The translations under genes and the position numbers were made by a program. This document shows positions 1-12,571 of a stretch of DNA of 64,000 bases, piece after piece. The notes under the pieces were generated by a model. It was not told where the DNA came from. It saw only the letters and a list, made by a program, of their open reading frames with translations, and searched no databases. Position 1 is the stretch's first letter, and each line of letters starts with the position of its first letter. Origin of the DNA: the human T2T-CHM13v2.0 reference genome, Homo sapiens. The stretch is from assembly GCF_009914755.1 (NCBI RefSeq), contig NC_060933.1, one strand, 5' to 3'.

Positions 1-1734
1 TTGCTGACAGGACTTTCATTACTGCAAATTGCCCCTATTTAATAGGCAGCTCTTATGCAGCCTGTGCTCCTGCTGTTTGCAAAACTTACTTTGAATATAC
101 AACACCAATTACAGAGACTAAACACATCAAGATTTTGAAGAGTCTAGAGAGTTATGCAATTAATTTTATTTATGTACTTTCTGCTTTAAATGCCCCTGAA
201 AAGAGAAAATTGACTAGTGTATCTTAAAAGGAACACTCATATTTATGTCTTTGCCCCAATCACACTCTTTCTCTCCACAAAAAAAAAAATAAAAGAGAAA
301 GGGAAGAAGGGAGGAAAGGAGGAAGAAAGAAATGAAGGAAGGAAGGAATTCAGCTGAAATAAAATAAGCAGATACAGTACTGGAGTTTTCAGCAAGGGCA
401 ATAAATGGTAAAATTCTCTTGAAAGTTCTGTAGTCATTTATTAGCTATGGAAAGCTACAGAAAAACTTAGAGACTCTGACCAGTGCCAGAGAAGGCTGAG
501 AGGCCTGACACTTCTCTTGAATTCTAGGACAGCAAAGCATTTATTAGTATCTAGATATGCATATTTAATTATGCTGCAATAATAATTTTACTGTCATTCC
601 TCAAAGCTGAGAAGAAACAAACGATACCCTATTCCTTTTTCAATGATCCTGTGAAACAGCTTGGGGCAGCATATAATGATAGTACCACAAGTGTCTCCTT
701 GGCATTTACATGCTAATGATACTGTCCAATTAAATTATATAATATTGTGTGATAAGCCCCTTTTGCAACTAGGCAAAAATGTATACATATTATAGTACAA
801 TTGTTTTCACTTCTCAAGAGAGATCTGTAAATCTTGAGACTTTGCCTTTTACATTAGAATAAATCCTCCACTCACTTATTCATGCATTTAATGCATATGT
901 TTTCAGAGCTATTATATGCATTGAATGACTATTTTTACACTCCCATACCTTTTTAAAGTTGACATCAAAAACAAATTTTTGTGTGTATAATTTTAAAGAA
1001 TATAATTTTGGGGTTACTATATATTTTATTTATGCTTTAAGTACATGTTCCTTAAAACCTTTGGTATACAGATATTTTAATCTTTCATCTTATCAGAGGA
1101 AATCCAAAAGAAGATGAGGATGGATGGAGAAAAGCTTGATCAAGTGATGAACAACAGGAAGATAAAGACAGTAGCATTGTTATAAGTTTAACACCTGAAA
1201 GAAATAAGGTACTCCCCCTTTATTTCTTCCTTAAGCTCCTTTGTTTTGCTCTCTTGGGACTGTCCCTATAGAAGCTTCATTTTGTTCCTGACTCTTCCCT
1301 TTTTTAAACCTCACCAACGTTTTTATCCCCCAGGACGGCATACCCTGGGAAGTAAGGACAAGAATGAGAACCATGTCTTTGTATTGTAAAGTGAAAGAGG
1401 AGCTATTGTGAAAGGAAAAGTAGAAAAGCAGAATTGGCAGACCATAATTGGAATATCATTTGGACTCTTTTAGGAAAGACTGTACAGGAAACCTCAAAAT
1501 TTGGAAGTTGTTTCCTTGAAAACTTAATTTGTATATCATCTCCAGCACCAAGTTATAAAGCTATATAAAACTATAACTTGGTGGTAGAGATGATATATAG
1601 CTGAGAAGCAAGTGCTCAGAAGTGAGGAGAGTAAGTGATGGGGGTGCCAGGTGGGTGTACCAATATGTAAATGGCATTCAATTATAGAAATCACCAAAAA
1701 CCAAATAACTGAATCCAGAATGGCTGACTGCATG

Positions 1735-1860
1735 GGCCATGACATCAGAAGTACCTGGGTGTGAATCTCTGTCCCTTCTTTGCCACTAACTAGCTGTGAC
1801 ATTTCAGAAAATCTGTTTTCTCTGTCTGAGTCTGTCTCCTTATCTTTTCAATTTCAGCTG
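1735..1860 (+). mobile_element. MIR SINE, 5' part/core (degenerate)
   Basis: gacatcagaagtacctgggtgtgaatc...tgccactaactagctgtgac...tctctgtctgagtctgtctcc resembles the MIR core. Confidence 0.55.
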
Positions 1861-1989
1861 AAGTACGATGCCCAGGAAACATTTTCTAATCTTTGCCATT
1901 TCTCTCCTTCCAGTGAAACTGAGCAATTTTCTTATTTGCTCCTTGTTCTTAGAATGAAGTTTTATGCTATTACTGTATACTTAAAAGTT

Positions 1990-2147
1990 TTTTTGGGAGG
2001 GTTTCTGTTTTTGTTTTTGTATTTTTACACTTATTTGTCTTCCCTATGAGAGAGTGAGCAAATGGGGGGCTACTTGCTATCTCCCTCTCCCTTGCCTAAA
2101 ATAATAGGTGACACAAAAGAAATGCTAAATAAATGTTTGTTGAGTTG
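1990..2147 (+). mobile_element. L2 LINE 3' end (degenerate)
   Basis: Ends in gcctaaaataataggtgacacaaaagaaatgctaaataaatgtttgttgagt, similar to the L2 3' tail. Confidence 0.45.
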
Positions 2148-2151
2148 GTGA

Positions 2152-2235
2152 CTAAAATGTGATCATTACATTTATCTAAGAGGCTTAAGGGAATTAAGTG
2201 AGATACTGTGTGTTGAACATTGAGTTGGAAGTGAC
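2152..2235 (+). mobile_element. MIR 3' part (possible continuation of 1735-1860)
   Basis: ctaaaatgtgatcattaca...gggaattaagtgagatactgtgtgt resembles MIR gtaaaatggggataata...ggattaaatgagataatg. Confidence 0.4.
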
Positions 2236-3254
2236 AGCATGTATGCTTAGGAATAGGAGATGCATTAAAGCAGTGACAGACAGAATGATAAAATATGGCA
2301 ATTGTAGTAAGCAACCAGCTATGAGATATATTAAGGCATATAATAAGCTTGCATTCTGCTAGTCAGAAAATGCACAAACTGTCGTATTAAGGGCTAAGGT
2401 AAAGACGCAATCTCAGGCTGGGTCCCAGAATGCTAGTGTCATAGTCAAAACAGTCATTTTAGTAGGGAGCATTCTTTGTAGAATAATTGCCACTTAAAGA
2501 TAACTGAGGACTCCATTATGGAGCAGGAGAACACTGCATCCATAAGACATCAAGACATTCTTTGACTACTATGGGAATTAAATATAGATCTAAAATCCTC
2601 TCTAAAATAAAGATCCAAGGAGGTATGCTACAGATGAAAAAAAAAATGTGTCCTGCAAGCAAAATGAGGATAGATCAGGTGACGGATTGAGTGAAGGGCA
2701 GGAGACAATGAAGAATATATTGTAGATTATACAGGTTTGGATGTTGTTATCTTGGGAGAAGCTTTAAGGCATCCACTTATTGTTTTATTTGCATAGTCTG
2801 ATGTGGTTTTTAAAGTTTATATTGAATGCTGTTAAGAAAGGCAAGGACTCTGAAGTTCGTCTCAGGGTTTATTATTCCTATTGTCTTTTATTTGCAGTCT
2901 TCACAATGCACATGCATGAAAGGTAAGTGCTGTAGCAAAACGAATTGAAAAAAGTAACAAACGTATGCATTGCTCTGTAATGGATGGAAAAAAAGGATAA
3001 CAGGGCTGGTGATGGATCAGTGGAGAAGGTGGTGAGAAGAATAGTGTAAGGAGTAAGATGTGCGAGATGAGATGCTTCTATAGGGTACATGTATAATATC
3101 TAGGCAATCACAGTGGCATTCTTTGTTTAAGGGCCCAGTGAATCTTGTCGAGCTAAGATTAACTTCGTAAAGGAACCATAGTGTGCTAAACATTCATGAG
3201 TAACACATTCACGGAAGAATGCATGAGTTCATTAGGACATATATTCTGCCCTAT

Positions 3255-3612
3255 ATAGTGGCTTAACAGCAATAACTAAACAAGTAGAGCTTATTCATCT
3301 TTCACATAACATTCATCACAGAAGGAGTCCTGGACTGTTTCGCTCTATAAATTAAGGCAGTAAGCGAGACTTCTTCTATGATGTTATTCTACCACATCTA
3401 GACAGTTATCTTTGTCTGTATGATACAAGCTGGCTCACCACGACATCTCATTCCATATCTAATTTCCAAGTTAGTCAAGGAAGAAAGAGAAGCAGACATT
3501 CAGACCCTTGAAGGATATGACCTAGTAATGGTATGCATTGTTTTAGGTAACATCACATTGGCCAGAACTTAGACACAAAGCCAAACCTAGATACAAAGGG
3601 GGCTGGACATAC
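3255..3612 (-). mobile_element. MLT1-family (ERVL-MaLR) LTR remnant, MLT1K/L-like
   Basis: agtggcttaac...aaacaagtagagcttatt and catcacattggccagaacttagacacaaagccaaacctagatacaaaggggggctgg are typical of old MLT1 LTRs in reverse. Confidence 0.6.
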
Positions 3613-3615
3613 CTC

Positions 3616-3619
3616 TATC

Positions 3620-3651
<32 letters not shown>

Positions 3652-3655
3652 CATA
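3616..3655. repeat. (TCTG)n/(TCTA)n compound microsatellite
   Basis: Directly visible. Confidence 0.85.
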
Positions 3656-3660
3656 CCTAA

Positions 3661-4020
<360 letters not shown>

Positions 4021-4439
4021 TAATCACTAATAATTGATTTAAATGAAAGATGACATACAAACAGTCAAAATAATTGGTGAAAGTCAATAAGCACACTGGT
4101 AAAAAACAAGAATGTTTTTTACCTGTGTGCAGAAGATACCTGAAACCTGTTTTTCAGAAAATATTTTCCTGAGAAGTTCTACAAAACAGATGAAATAGGC
4201 CTACTCTACTGATGCTTTTCAAAGTCTAACTCATCAGGTGAAGGTGAATTAAGTGTTCAGCAGCTTAAACAAAACAAATATAGGCTGGTTGTTCCAATAC
4301 ATGCTTATACTGGTGGCTGTCATAAAACAAAACCTTTCATGATTAGAAAATTAAATTACCCTAGGATTAGGAAGCAGCTGTACCAGTTGCATGCTATCTT
4401 GGTACCAAGATTGGCCCTATCGTTTTCTAACCTTACAAC

Positions 4440-4555
4440 TTAACAAGCCAGTATTTCCTATAAATCTATTTGTATTAATCTGTAAAATGAGGATACAAAA
4501 TGCTAAACAGAACTAGAATGAGGATTTGATAAATTAATATATATGAAAGCAACTG
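4440..4555 (+). mobile_element. MIR core remnant
   Basis: atctgtaaaatgaggata...gaggatttgataaattaatatatatgaaagca. Confidence 0.4.
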
Positions 4556-4847
4556 GTTATTAAAAGGTATTGATAAACAATAGTAAAATCAGAAACCCTA
4601 TTATTAACTTGACCATCATGTTTTATTTTTACATAGTTCTTCCATCAACTTTTTATAAGTACGTGGAATCAAATTCTGTACAGAGTTACTCTACTGCCTA
4701 ATAAGTGTAGAGAACTATTATTAAATCTTGTCTCATTCTTACCTATCTCTCTTAACAGTTACGTAATAAAATTGTTCAATTCTATCTCCAACAATAAAAC
4801 TTCCAAATAGACTGTAAAACTTTAATCTTCAAGGTGAAAAAATGGCA

Positions 4848-5026
4848 GTTAGTGGGGTATACCAGAATTGCTCTGGTTCTGAATAATCATGTTTAAAATG
4901 TAAATTCTTAGGACTCAACCTATCGTACTGAAGCAGAATCCCCCAAATAGCACCTGCTACCCTCTGTATTTAAAATGCTTTCCAGGTGGTTGTAAACACT
5001 TTAAATCTTGAGAACTGTTGGCCTAG
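4848..5026. mobile_element. MER5-type hAT-Charlie MITE remnant
   Basis: tttaaaatgtaaattcttaggactc...tactgaagcagaatc...ttccaggtggttgt...ttgagaactgttggcctaga. Confidence 0.5.
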
Positions 5027-6370
5027 AGAAGCAAATGTTAAAAAGCCTCATGATAACGGAACATTGTCATACAGGTTATATGAACAAACCTAAGGTAAAG
5101 ATCTATTGCTTCTGGCATGGTAATAAATGAATAAAATGCTCATTTTTAGGTACTTGTTTTAGGTTAGGTACTTCTGATAAAGATGAGGCTTCCTTTCACC
5201 TCCTCCCCACCAACCTCATGAGTCACACCAATCTCCTAACCCAATTTTGTCCTTATTCTGGAAGATTCCAAAAAGTTCCTCATAAATATTTGAGGGATTT
5301 GTATGTTATCAAACCTATCAGTAGATCTAGATATATAGCTAATATGAAAGATCACCAGTAATGTTCTAAGAACGAGATGATTTACATATATGCTTTGTAA
5401 TCTTTAAAATGTAAGCAATCTGACTGTTATGAACCTCATATTTTAATGAGAATTCTGAGGCTAAAAGATGTTTAGTAACTTGATCACTACTTCAAAGTAG
5501 GTAAAACAGAAGCAAATATAGGGTTACTACAGAGAAAAAGCAGAAAGAAATGTGCCCCTACACAGAGAGAATTCTATTTTAAAAAAACTTTTAAAATCAA
5601 TCCGAAGCTGGACATCAAGTGGGAATTTGGAAATGTTTGGTTAGGAGCTTCTGTAAAATTTTTTAAAGATGCTTGAATTGAAAAGCAATATAGCATAGGA
5701 GGGATATGGACATTTATTCAGGTGTTCTCAGAATGGAAATAATCAAAAATAGCTTTAGTAAAGAATTGCCCAGATTCCTTTCCCCTGGTGCTCTGGAAGA
5801 AGCCTGTCCTTATTGATGTTGGAGAGTCTAGCCTAATATCTTCCATGCATTCACTAATTTTGTAGGCTTTTTCCTATTAAAAAGTCAAACCATACATTGA
5901 AACCTGGAGATAATTGAAGACTGCTCCTCTGAATCTCACACTGAGAGTTGGCTTTCTTTTTCCCCCCATTACATAACACAGAAAGTAAAAATGTAATCTT
6001 CAGCAATAGACATGGTATCTGCTCCCACAGAAATGGTGCTATTACCAATACAGAAGCAAGACTATAGGCATGACTACCACAGAGAGAGTGCTTTACAGCC
6101 TTCCAAGGCATCACTGTTGAATAACCCAAGCAAATCTGACTCACAGAGACAGAGTACATATGTGGTTCATGATCACCAGGATAGACTTGTTTGAAATTTT
6201 TCAGGTAGGCTACCTAAAGCAACTAATTCCAATGGTACTGCTGAGTCCCAGGAACAAAAGAACCTGTGTTCTGGCATTTATAAACTAATATCCTAAATGT
6301 GTACTGGAATTCTAAAGGTTTCAACCAGAAATCTGAAATTTCCTCAAACAAATGTCTTCTATGTAAAAAA

Positions 6371-6468
6371 TATATATCTATATCTAGATCTGTATCTATA
6401 TATCTCTCTATATATCTATATCTATATCTATATATCTGTATCTACATCTATATAGATATAGATATAGA
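6371..6468. repeat. (TATATC)n microsatellite that inverts to (GATATA)n
   Basis: Directly visible. Confidence 0.85.
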
Positions 6469-6582
6469 AGCTTCAATTTCCATTATGCTGAATGGAATGT
6501 TTCAGATAAACATTTCGTTAATTACAACTCTTCATGGATAGTGCCATAAAAAATAGTGGCTTATATTTTAAATATTCATCCA

Positions 6583-6800
6583 AGGAGGCAGCATGGCAGT
6601 GATAGAGTAGATTTTGCAGTCAAATCACTCTTGAGCCATTTGCTAGTTTCATCAATTTGGATGAGGTTTTAATTTCTCTGAACTTCTGTTTCTGCATCTT
6701 TACTCTGTGGATAATAATATCTACCTCTTAAGGCTGTTATGATAACTTACTGACTAACATAAATAATGTACATACACATAGTGGGAAATTAAGAACAAAT
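6583..6800 (+). mobile_element. MIR SINE
   Basis: aggaggcagcatgg...aatttctctgaacttctgtttctgcatct...gataataatatctacctcttaaggctgttatga. Confidence 0.7.
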
Positions 6801-8334
6801 TTGAGTCTGCTATTGTGCCCTACTCCACTTCAGGAGCAAGAAAATAATCACTGCAAAATAATAGACTTTTTGTTGAATCTCAAACTTGTAGACTGGGTTA
6901 CAAAATTCCATATTTTTTATGTCATTATCTGCTCGTAGTAAGAAGAAAACCCATACACACACACATATACACGTCTGTATATTTATATATAATATGCATA
7001 TTATATATACATTTCCTTTATATATATGTAATATGTATATATAGTATGAAATTGGACCAACATATTAAGAATCACTTTCCTCTTACCACAACATGAAGCA
7101 ATTTCAACATGGATGCTCCAACTTCATTTGGGATACTTCACATATAAGGATCCTATATCTTGAAACCATCTCCAGTGGATTTCCTAGATGAAATGAAACA
7201 GAAACTCTTGGGAACATGGAAAATAAAAACCTAGCTTCTTTCAGTAGTGCTCAGCTAAAATTCCACATCATTCTCCATCTTGCTGGTTTTGCCCTAATTA
7301 TTTAAAAAAATGTTTACTTCCAATCCAATTTGATGTACCCATCCTTGATGACACTATTGCTTGCATTTTCAGGTAATGCATTTTATTATATGTGTTTTCA
7401 TAAATCAATGAGTATTCTTAAATGTATATTAAAAATCAACTAAATATCAGCAATAGCATATAGATGAGAAAAAGGAGGACAGCAATCAAGTTACAGTGTG
7501 TTAGAGAAAGAAAAATAATTTGAATATATAGCTTTTCTCTTTTTCAGATGCTTGTGGATGTCTTTCTAAAAGTTGAATGAATAAAAACCATAATACAATA
7601 ATGAAACACATTTATCTGTTTCCATTCATCACATTAGTATAAAATATATTACTCTGTACCTATATATTCTAGTCTTGATAATTTTGCAAGCTAAAGCTTT
7701 TATAAATCTATAAATTTGCCATTTATAAATTTGCCAGGTATTTATTTGGCTCTGTTGGCAAAATTTGAGCAATTTTCTGACTCTCGCTCTCACACACAGA
7801 TACATATATGCACATGCACATACACATACCACTTAAAAGTCAAATTTATTGCAAGAAATTATACTACAATCACATAAAATACAATGAAATCACATTTATT
7901 TGCCAGGCTAGGTCTATACCCTTTAATAGCTATTTTGGTTTCATTACAATAAATCTTCTACAAAATAATGAAATAAATCTTGGTTATGCAAATCACAGTA
8001 TTGAAAACACTGAAACCTGATTGTGTAAAACATCTCAAGCTCAAGGAGATATGTCATAGTGATCAATTTTAAATTAGTCACTTTAAAACAAATTCTGTTG
8101 CTGCACTCTCTTAGTGCGTTCCTGGATTTCTATTTTTACGAATACAGTAATTACAACGGTACTAGATGGCACAAGTGGATCTCTCTTCCTAAAAGTTAGA
8201 TATGCAAAAGAGTCCGCTGGGCCCATTAAATAATATTGACATCTCAATTCCTCTTATCGGTTCACTTCAGGTACAGACTTTGAACAATGAAAGTTCCTTC
8301 TATTTCCCCTTCAACAGAAGCCAAGTAAGAAATT

Positions 8335-8371
8335 CGTGTTTTTAAGTTGTTGTCTCGTAGCTGCAAACCTA
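8335..8371 (+). mobile_element. LTR33-family LTR, 5' piece (split by L1)
   Basis: ttgtctcgtagctgcaaaccta joins to tgtttctatattctgctttgagat at 10555, reconstructing the LTR33A/B start. Confidence 0.45.
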
Positions 8372-10548
8372 AAGCAGTGTTTAGAGGGAAATTTATAGCA
8401 TTAAATGCCGACAGGAGAAAGTGGGAAAGATCTAAAACCGACACCCTAACATCACAATTAAAAGAACTAAAGAACCAAGAGCAAACTAATTCAAAAGCTA
8501 GCAGAAGACAAGAAATAACTAAGATCAGACCAGAACTGAAGGAGATAGAGACACGAAAAACCCCTCAAAAATCAATAAATCCAGGAGCTGGGTTTTTGAA
8601 AAGATTAACAAAATAGATAGAACATATGTAGCCAGACAAATAAAGAAGAAAAGAGAGCAGAATCAAATAGACACAATAAAAAATGATAAAGGGGATATCA
8701 CCACTGATCCCACAGAAATACAAACTACCATCAGAGAATACTGTAAACACATCTACACAAATAAAGTAGAAAATCTAGAAGAAATGGATAAATTCCTGAA
8801 CACATACACCCTCCCAAGACTAAACCAGGAAGAAGTCGAATCCCTGAAGAGACCATTAACAAGTTCTGAAATTGAGACGGTAATTAATAGCCTATCAACC
8901 AAAAAAAGCCCAGGACCAGATGGATTCACAGCCGAATTCTACCAGAGGTACAAAGCGGAGCTGGTACCATTCCTTCTGAAACTATTCCAAACAATAGAAA
9001 AAGAGGGACTCCTCCCTAACTCATTTTATGAGGCTAGCATCATCCTGATACCAAAACCTGGCAGAGACACAACAAGAAAAAAGAAAATTCAGGCCAATAT
9101 CCCTGATGAACAGGGATATTGTTCATCAATATTGATGCAAAAATCCTCAATAAAATACTGGATCCTGCAGCACATTAAAAAGTTTATCCACCACAAACAA
9201 GTTGGCTTCATCCCTGGGATGCAAGGCTGGTTCAATATACACAAGTCAATAAACGTAATCCATCAGCAGCACATTAAAACTGAATCCAGCAGCACATTAA
9301 AAAGTTTATCCACCACAAACAAGTTGGCTTCATCCCTGGGATGCAAGGCTGGTTCAATATACATAAATCAATAAACGTAATCCACCACATAAACAGAACC
9401 AATGACAAAAAGCACATGATTATTTCAGTAGATGCAGAACAAGCTTTCAATAAAAGTCAACACCGCTTCATGCTAAGAACGCTCAATAAACCAGGTATTG
9501 ATGGAACATATCTCAAAATAATGAGAGCTATTTATGACAAACCCACAGCCAATATCATATGGAATGGGTAAAAATTGGAAGCATTCCCTTTGAAAAGCAG
9601 CACAAGACAAGGATGTCCTCTCTCACCACTCCTATTCAACATAATATCGGAAGTTCTGGCCAGGGCAATCAGGCAAGAGAAAGAAATGAAGGGTATTCAA
9701 ATAGGAAGAGAGAAAGTCAAATTGTCTCTGCTTGCAAATGACATGATTGCATATTTAGAAAACCCCATTGTCTCAGCCCAAAATCTCCTTAAGCTGATAA
9801 GCAATTTCAGCAAAGTCTCAGGATACAAAATCAATGTGCAAAAATCACAAGCATTCCTATACAACAATAATAGACAAACGGAGAGGCAAATCATGAGTGA
9901 ACTCCCATTCAAAATTGCTACAAAGAAAATAAAATGCCTAGGAATACAAGTTACAAGGGATGTGAAGGACCTCTTCAAGAAGAACCCTAAACCACTGCTC
10001 AAGGAAATAAGAGAGGACACAAACAAATAGAAAAACCTTCCATGCTAATGGATAGGAAGAATCAATATGGTGGTGAAAATGGCCATACTGCCCGAAGTAA
10101 TTTATAGATTCACACTATCCCCATCAAGCTACGACTGACTTTCTTCACAGACAAAATGACTTTAAATTTCATATGGAACCAAAAAAGTGCTCATATAGCC
10201 AAGACAATCCTAAGCAAAAAGAACAAAGCTGGAGGCATCATGCTACCTGACTTCAAACTATACTACAAGGCTACAGTAACCAAAACAGCATGGTACTGGT
10301 ACCAAAACAGATATATAGACCAATGAAACATAACAGAGACCTCAGAAATAATGCCACACATCTACAACCACCTGATCTTTGACAAACCTGACAAAAACAA
10401 GCAATGGAGAAGGATTCCCTGTTTAATAAATGGTGTTAGGAAAACTGGCTAGCCACATGCAGAAAACTGAAACTGGACCCCTTCCTTACACCTTCTGCAA
10501 AAATTAACTCTAGATGGATTAAAGACTTAAACATAAGACCTAAAACCA
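8369..10548 (+). mobile_element. L1PA7/8-like internal ORF2 fragment, truncated at both ends, no poly(A)
   Basis: ORF track gives [30 protein letters not shown] and [13 protein letters not shown]; colinear with 52477-54525 of the full-length L1; caaaccta at both ends. Confidence 0.95.
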
Positions 10549-11148
10549 AACCTATGTTTCTATATTCTGCTTTGAGATTTTGGGTTTGGGACTCTGCACA
10601 CCACTTTCCTTTGCCAGATGGTTTCCTTAGATTCTGCAATGGGGGTGGGGGGGCACTGGGGACAGGCCGGTGGGGTGAAGAAAGGGAGAAAGAGGCTTAT
10701 TCTTTCCTGTTCTCTTGCTGTCAGCATTGTTTAGCAATCATCCTGCACCCTGTCAGCGGCAGTCATTTCTGCCTACCGATTTTTCAAATCCTTCCAGAAC
10801 CAGCTTATTCTGACCTGACAGAGGTGCCACCCCCAGGTGGCTCGTATCCCATCCTGAGAGCTCTTGAGTTTGAGTTCCCAAGGCCTCTGCTTTGAGCTTC
10901 TGAGACACCAACACTGGCTGCATAGCAACACTTCTGAGAAGTGTGATATAGAGATCTACGAAGTCCCTTTTCCAAGCTCCCAGTGCCCCAGCTTTTCATT
11001 TTGTTCCCCAAGCCCTAAGGGTGGAGGTGCTTCCTGAGATTACTCTCTCTGTATAACTTCAGGGGCCTCTTTTTCCTCTTCCAGCTCTCCAACAAATATT
11101 TAATCCACCCATTATATTAAAATTTCCTTGTTAAAACAACAAGTATGG
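10547..11148 (+). mobile_element. LTR33-family (ERVL) LTR, main part
   Basis: ttctatattctgctttgagattttgggtttgggactctgcacaccactttcctttgccag...ccaacaaatatttaatc...tattaaaatttccttgttaaaac. Confidence 0.7.
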
Positions 11149-11302
11149 GACAAAGGATATGAATAGACACTTCTCAAAAGAAGATATTTACATGGCCAAA
11201 CACATGAAAAAATGCTCAACATCACTGATCATTAGAGAAATGCAAATCAAAACCACAATGAGATACCATCTCACACTAGTCAGAATGGCGATTATTAAAG
11301 AG
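11146..11302 (+). mobile_element. Short L1PA7/8-like ORF2 C-terminal fragment
   Basis: caaaggatatgaatagacacttctcaaaagaag...caaatcaaaaccacaatgagataccatctcac; equivalent to about 54819-54976 of the full-length L1. Confidence 0.9.
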
Positions 11303-11559
11303 GGTCTCTGACATTAGTTCTCAAACACATTTGTCAGATAAGTGCGTGGATGGAGAGCCCATCCATCCACACACTTACGGGGCATGGAGACCCACAACAG
11401 TAGGTGGCAGCAGAGATAGACAGTCAGTGGTCACTTGGTACAGGAAAAAAACAAAGATGGCAGGAGAACCAAAGCCTCATCTAACCTTACTCTTAAGAGT
11501 TAAAATCATGGGTTCAATATCTATCTATCTAAATATTTTAATGGTTAAGGGTATGTGTT

Positions 11560-11652
11560 TTGGCAACACAAAGACAAGTCCTCAAATTTCGACCTCACTA
11601 CTTTCTAGCTCTGTTTCTTAGTTTTTTCATCTATAAATGGATCTAATGACAC
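11560..11652 (+). mobile_element. MIR 5' part (split by MLT1)
   Basis: cactactttctagctctg...cttagttttttcatctataaatgg. Confidence 0.5.
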
Positions 11653-12181
11653 TGTGATATACAGCTTTCAAAATGGCTGCAATAATTCCTGCCATCTCTA
11701 TACATACTCTCTTTGCAATGAAATTTTTCCATTCTCATCTTCCAGAGCTAAAATTTCTTTCTCCATCTCTTAAATCTAGGCTTGCCTAGTGACTTGTTTG
11801 CCCACTAAAATGTAGAGGAATGTGACTTCTGAGCCTAGAAACTGCGAGGACTTGCATCTTCTCCTCTTGCCCTCTTAGAACTCTTCCACCACCACAGGAG
11901 AAAACCACACTGGCCTTTTCGAGACCTATGGCCCCCTGACAGGTAGCACCAACTGTCAGACAGAGAAGTAGCCACGTTAGACCATCCAGACTCAGTGGAA
12001 CTGCTAGATGATTGTAGCTGCATGAATGTCCCAGCAGAGATAAGTAGAAGTGCCACCAAGCTGAGCCTCAGATCAAAACGCATGCCCATAGAATTAAAAG
12101 CAAATAAAATAATACTTGTTTTAAGTCATTAAGTTTTGAAGTGGTTTGTTATGCAGTGATAAGTTACCCATAACTGATTCA
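11653..12181 (+). mobile_element. MLT1H/G-like solo LTR (ERVL-MaLR)
   Basis: TG start, caaaatggctgc..., aaataaaataatacttgttttaagtcattaagttttgaagtggtttgttatgcag...taactgattca end. Confidence 0.85.
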
Positions 12182-12290
12182 AATCACTACCTTCATAGTA
12201 TTCTTTTAAGGATTAAAATAAAAGATGTAAGTGAAATGTATGCACAATGTCTGGTATTGGCATAGAATAACTCTCCAAATGTTTACTGGG
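12182..12290 (+). mobile_element. MIR 3' part
   Basis: ctaccttcatag...aggattaaaataaaagatgtaagtgaaa...gcacaatgtctgg. Confidence 0.55.
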
Positions 12291-12571
12291 TATAGAAATT
12301 ACATTCCCAGCATCAACATGGGATAAACAATGACTGGCCATAATGAATACTAATGAGGAATGTACTCACTCTACAAGAGTTAAATATTGGGGTACATATG
12401 TTTGGTCTGAGACTATTGGTTCAAAGTAAAAGAGAGGCATGATTGAATTGAACATTTATCATTACTACTGAGATTCTCTGCCATTCTTTGAGTATCATTA
12501 CTACTCAGGTATTTTTCTGGGAACTTGAATTAAGGTAAATGGGTATGAGGAGATAGAAAGTTGTCTTATAT

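Noticed and set aside
7530-7590. Acceptor-like ttttctctttttcag followed by aataaa (possible terminal exon)
   Set aside because: Such motifs are frequent by chance in AT-rich DNA, and there is no other support.
8159-8172. CTCF-like actagatggcac (also ~16819 and ~20760)
   Set aside because: The conserved 5' CC of the CTCF core is missing, so these are weak matches.
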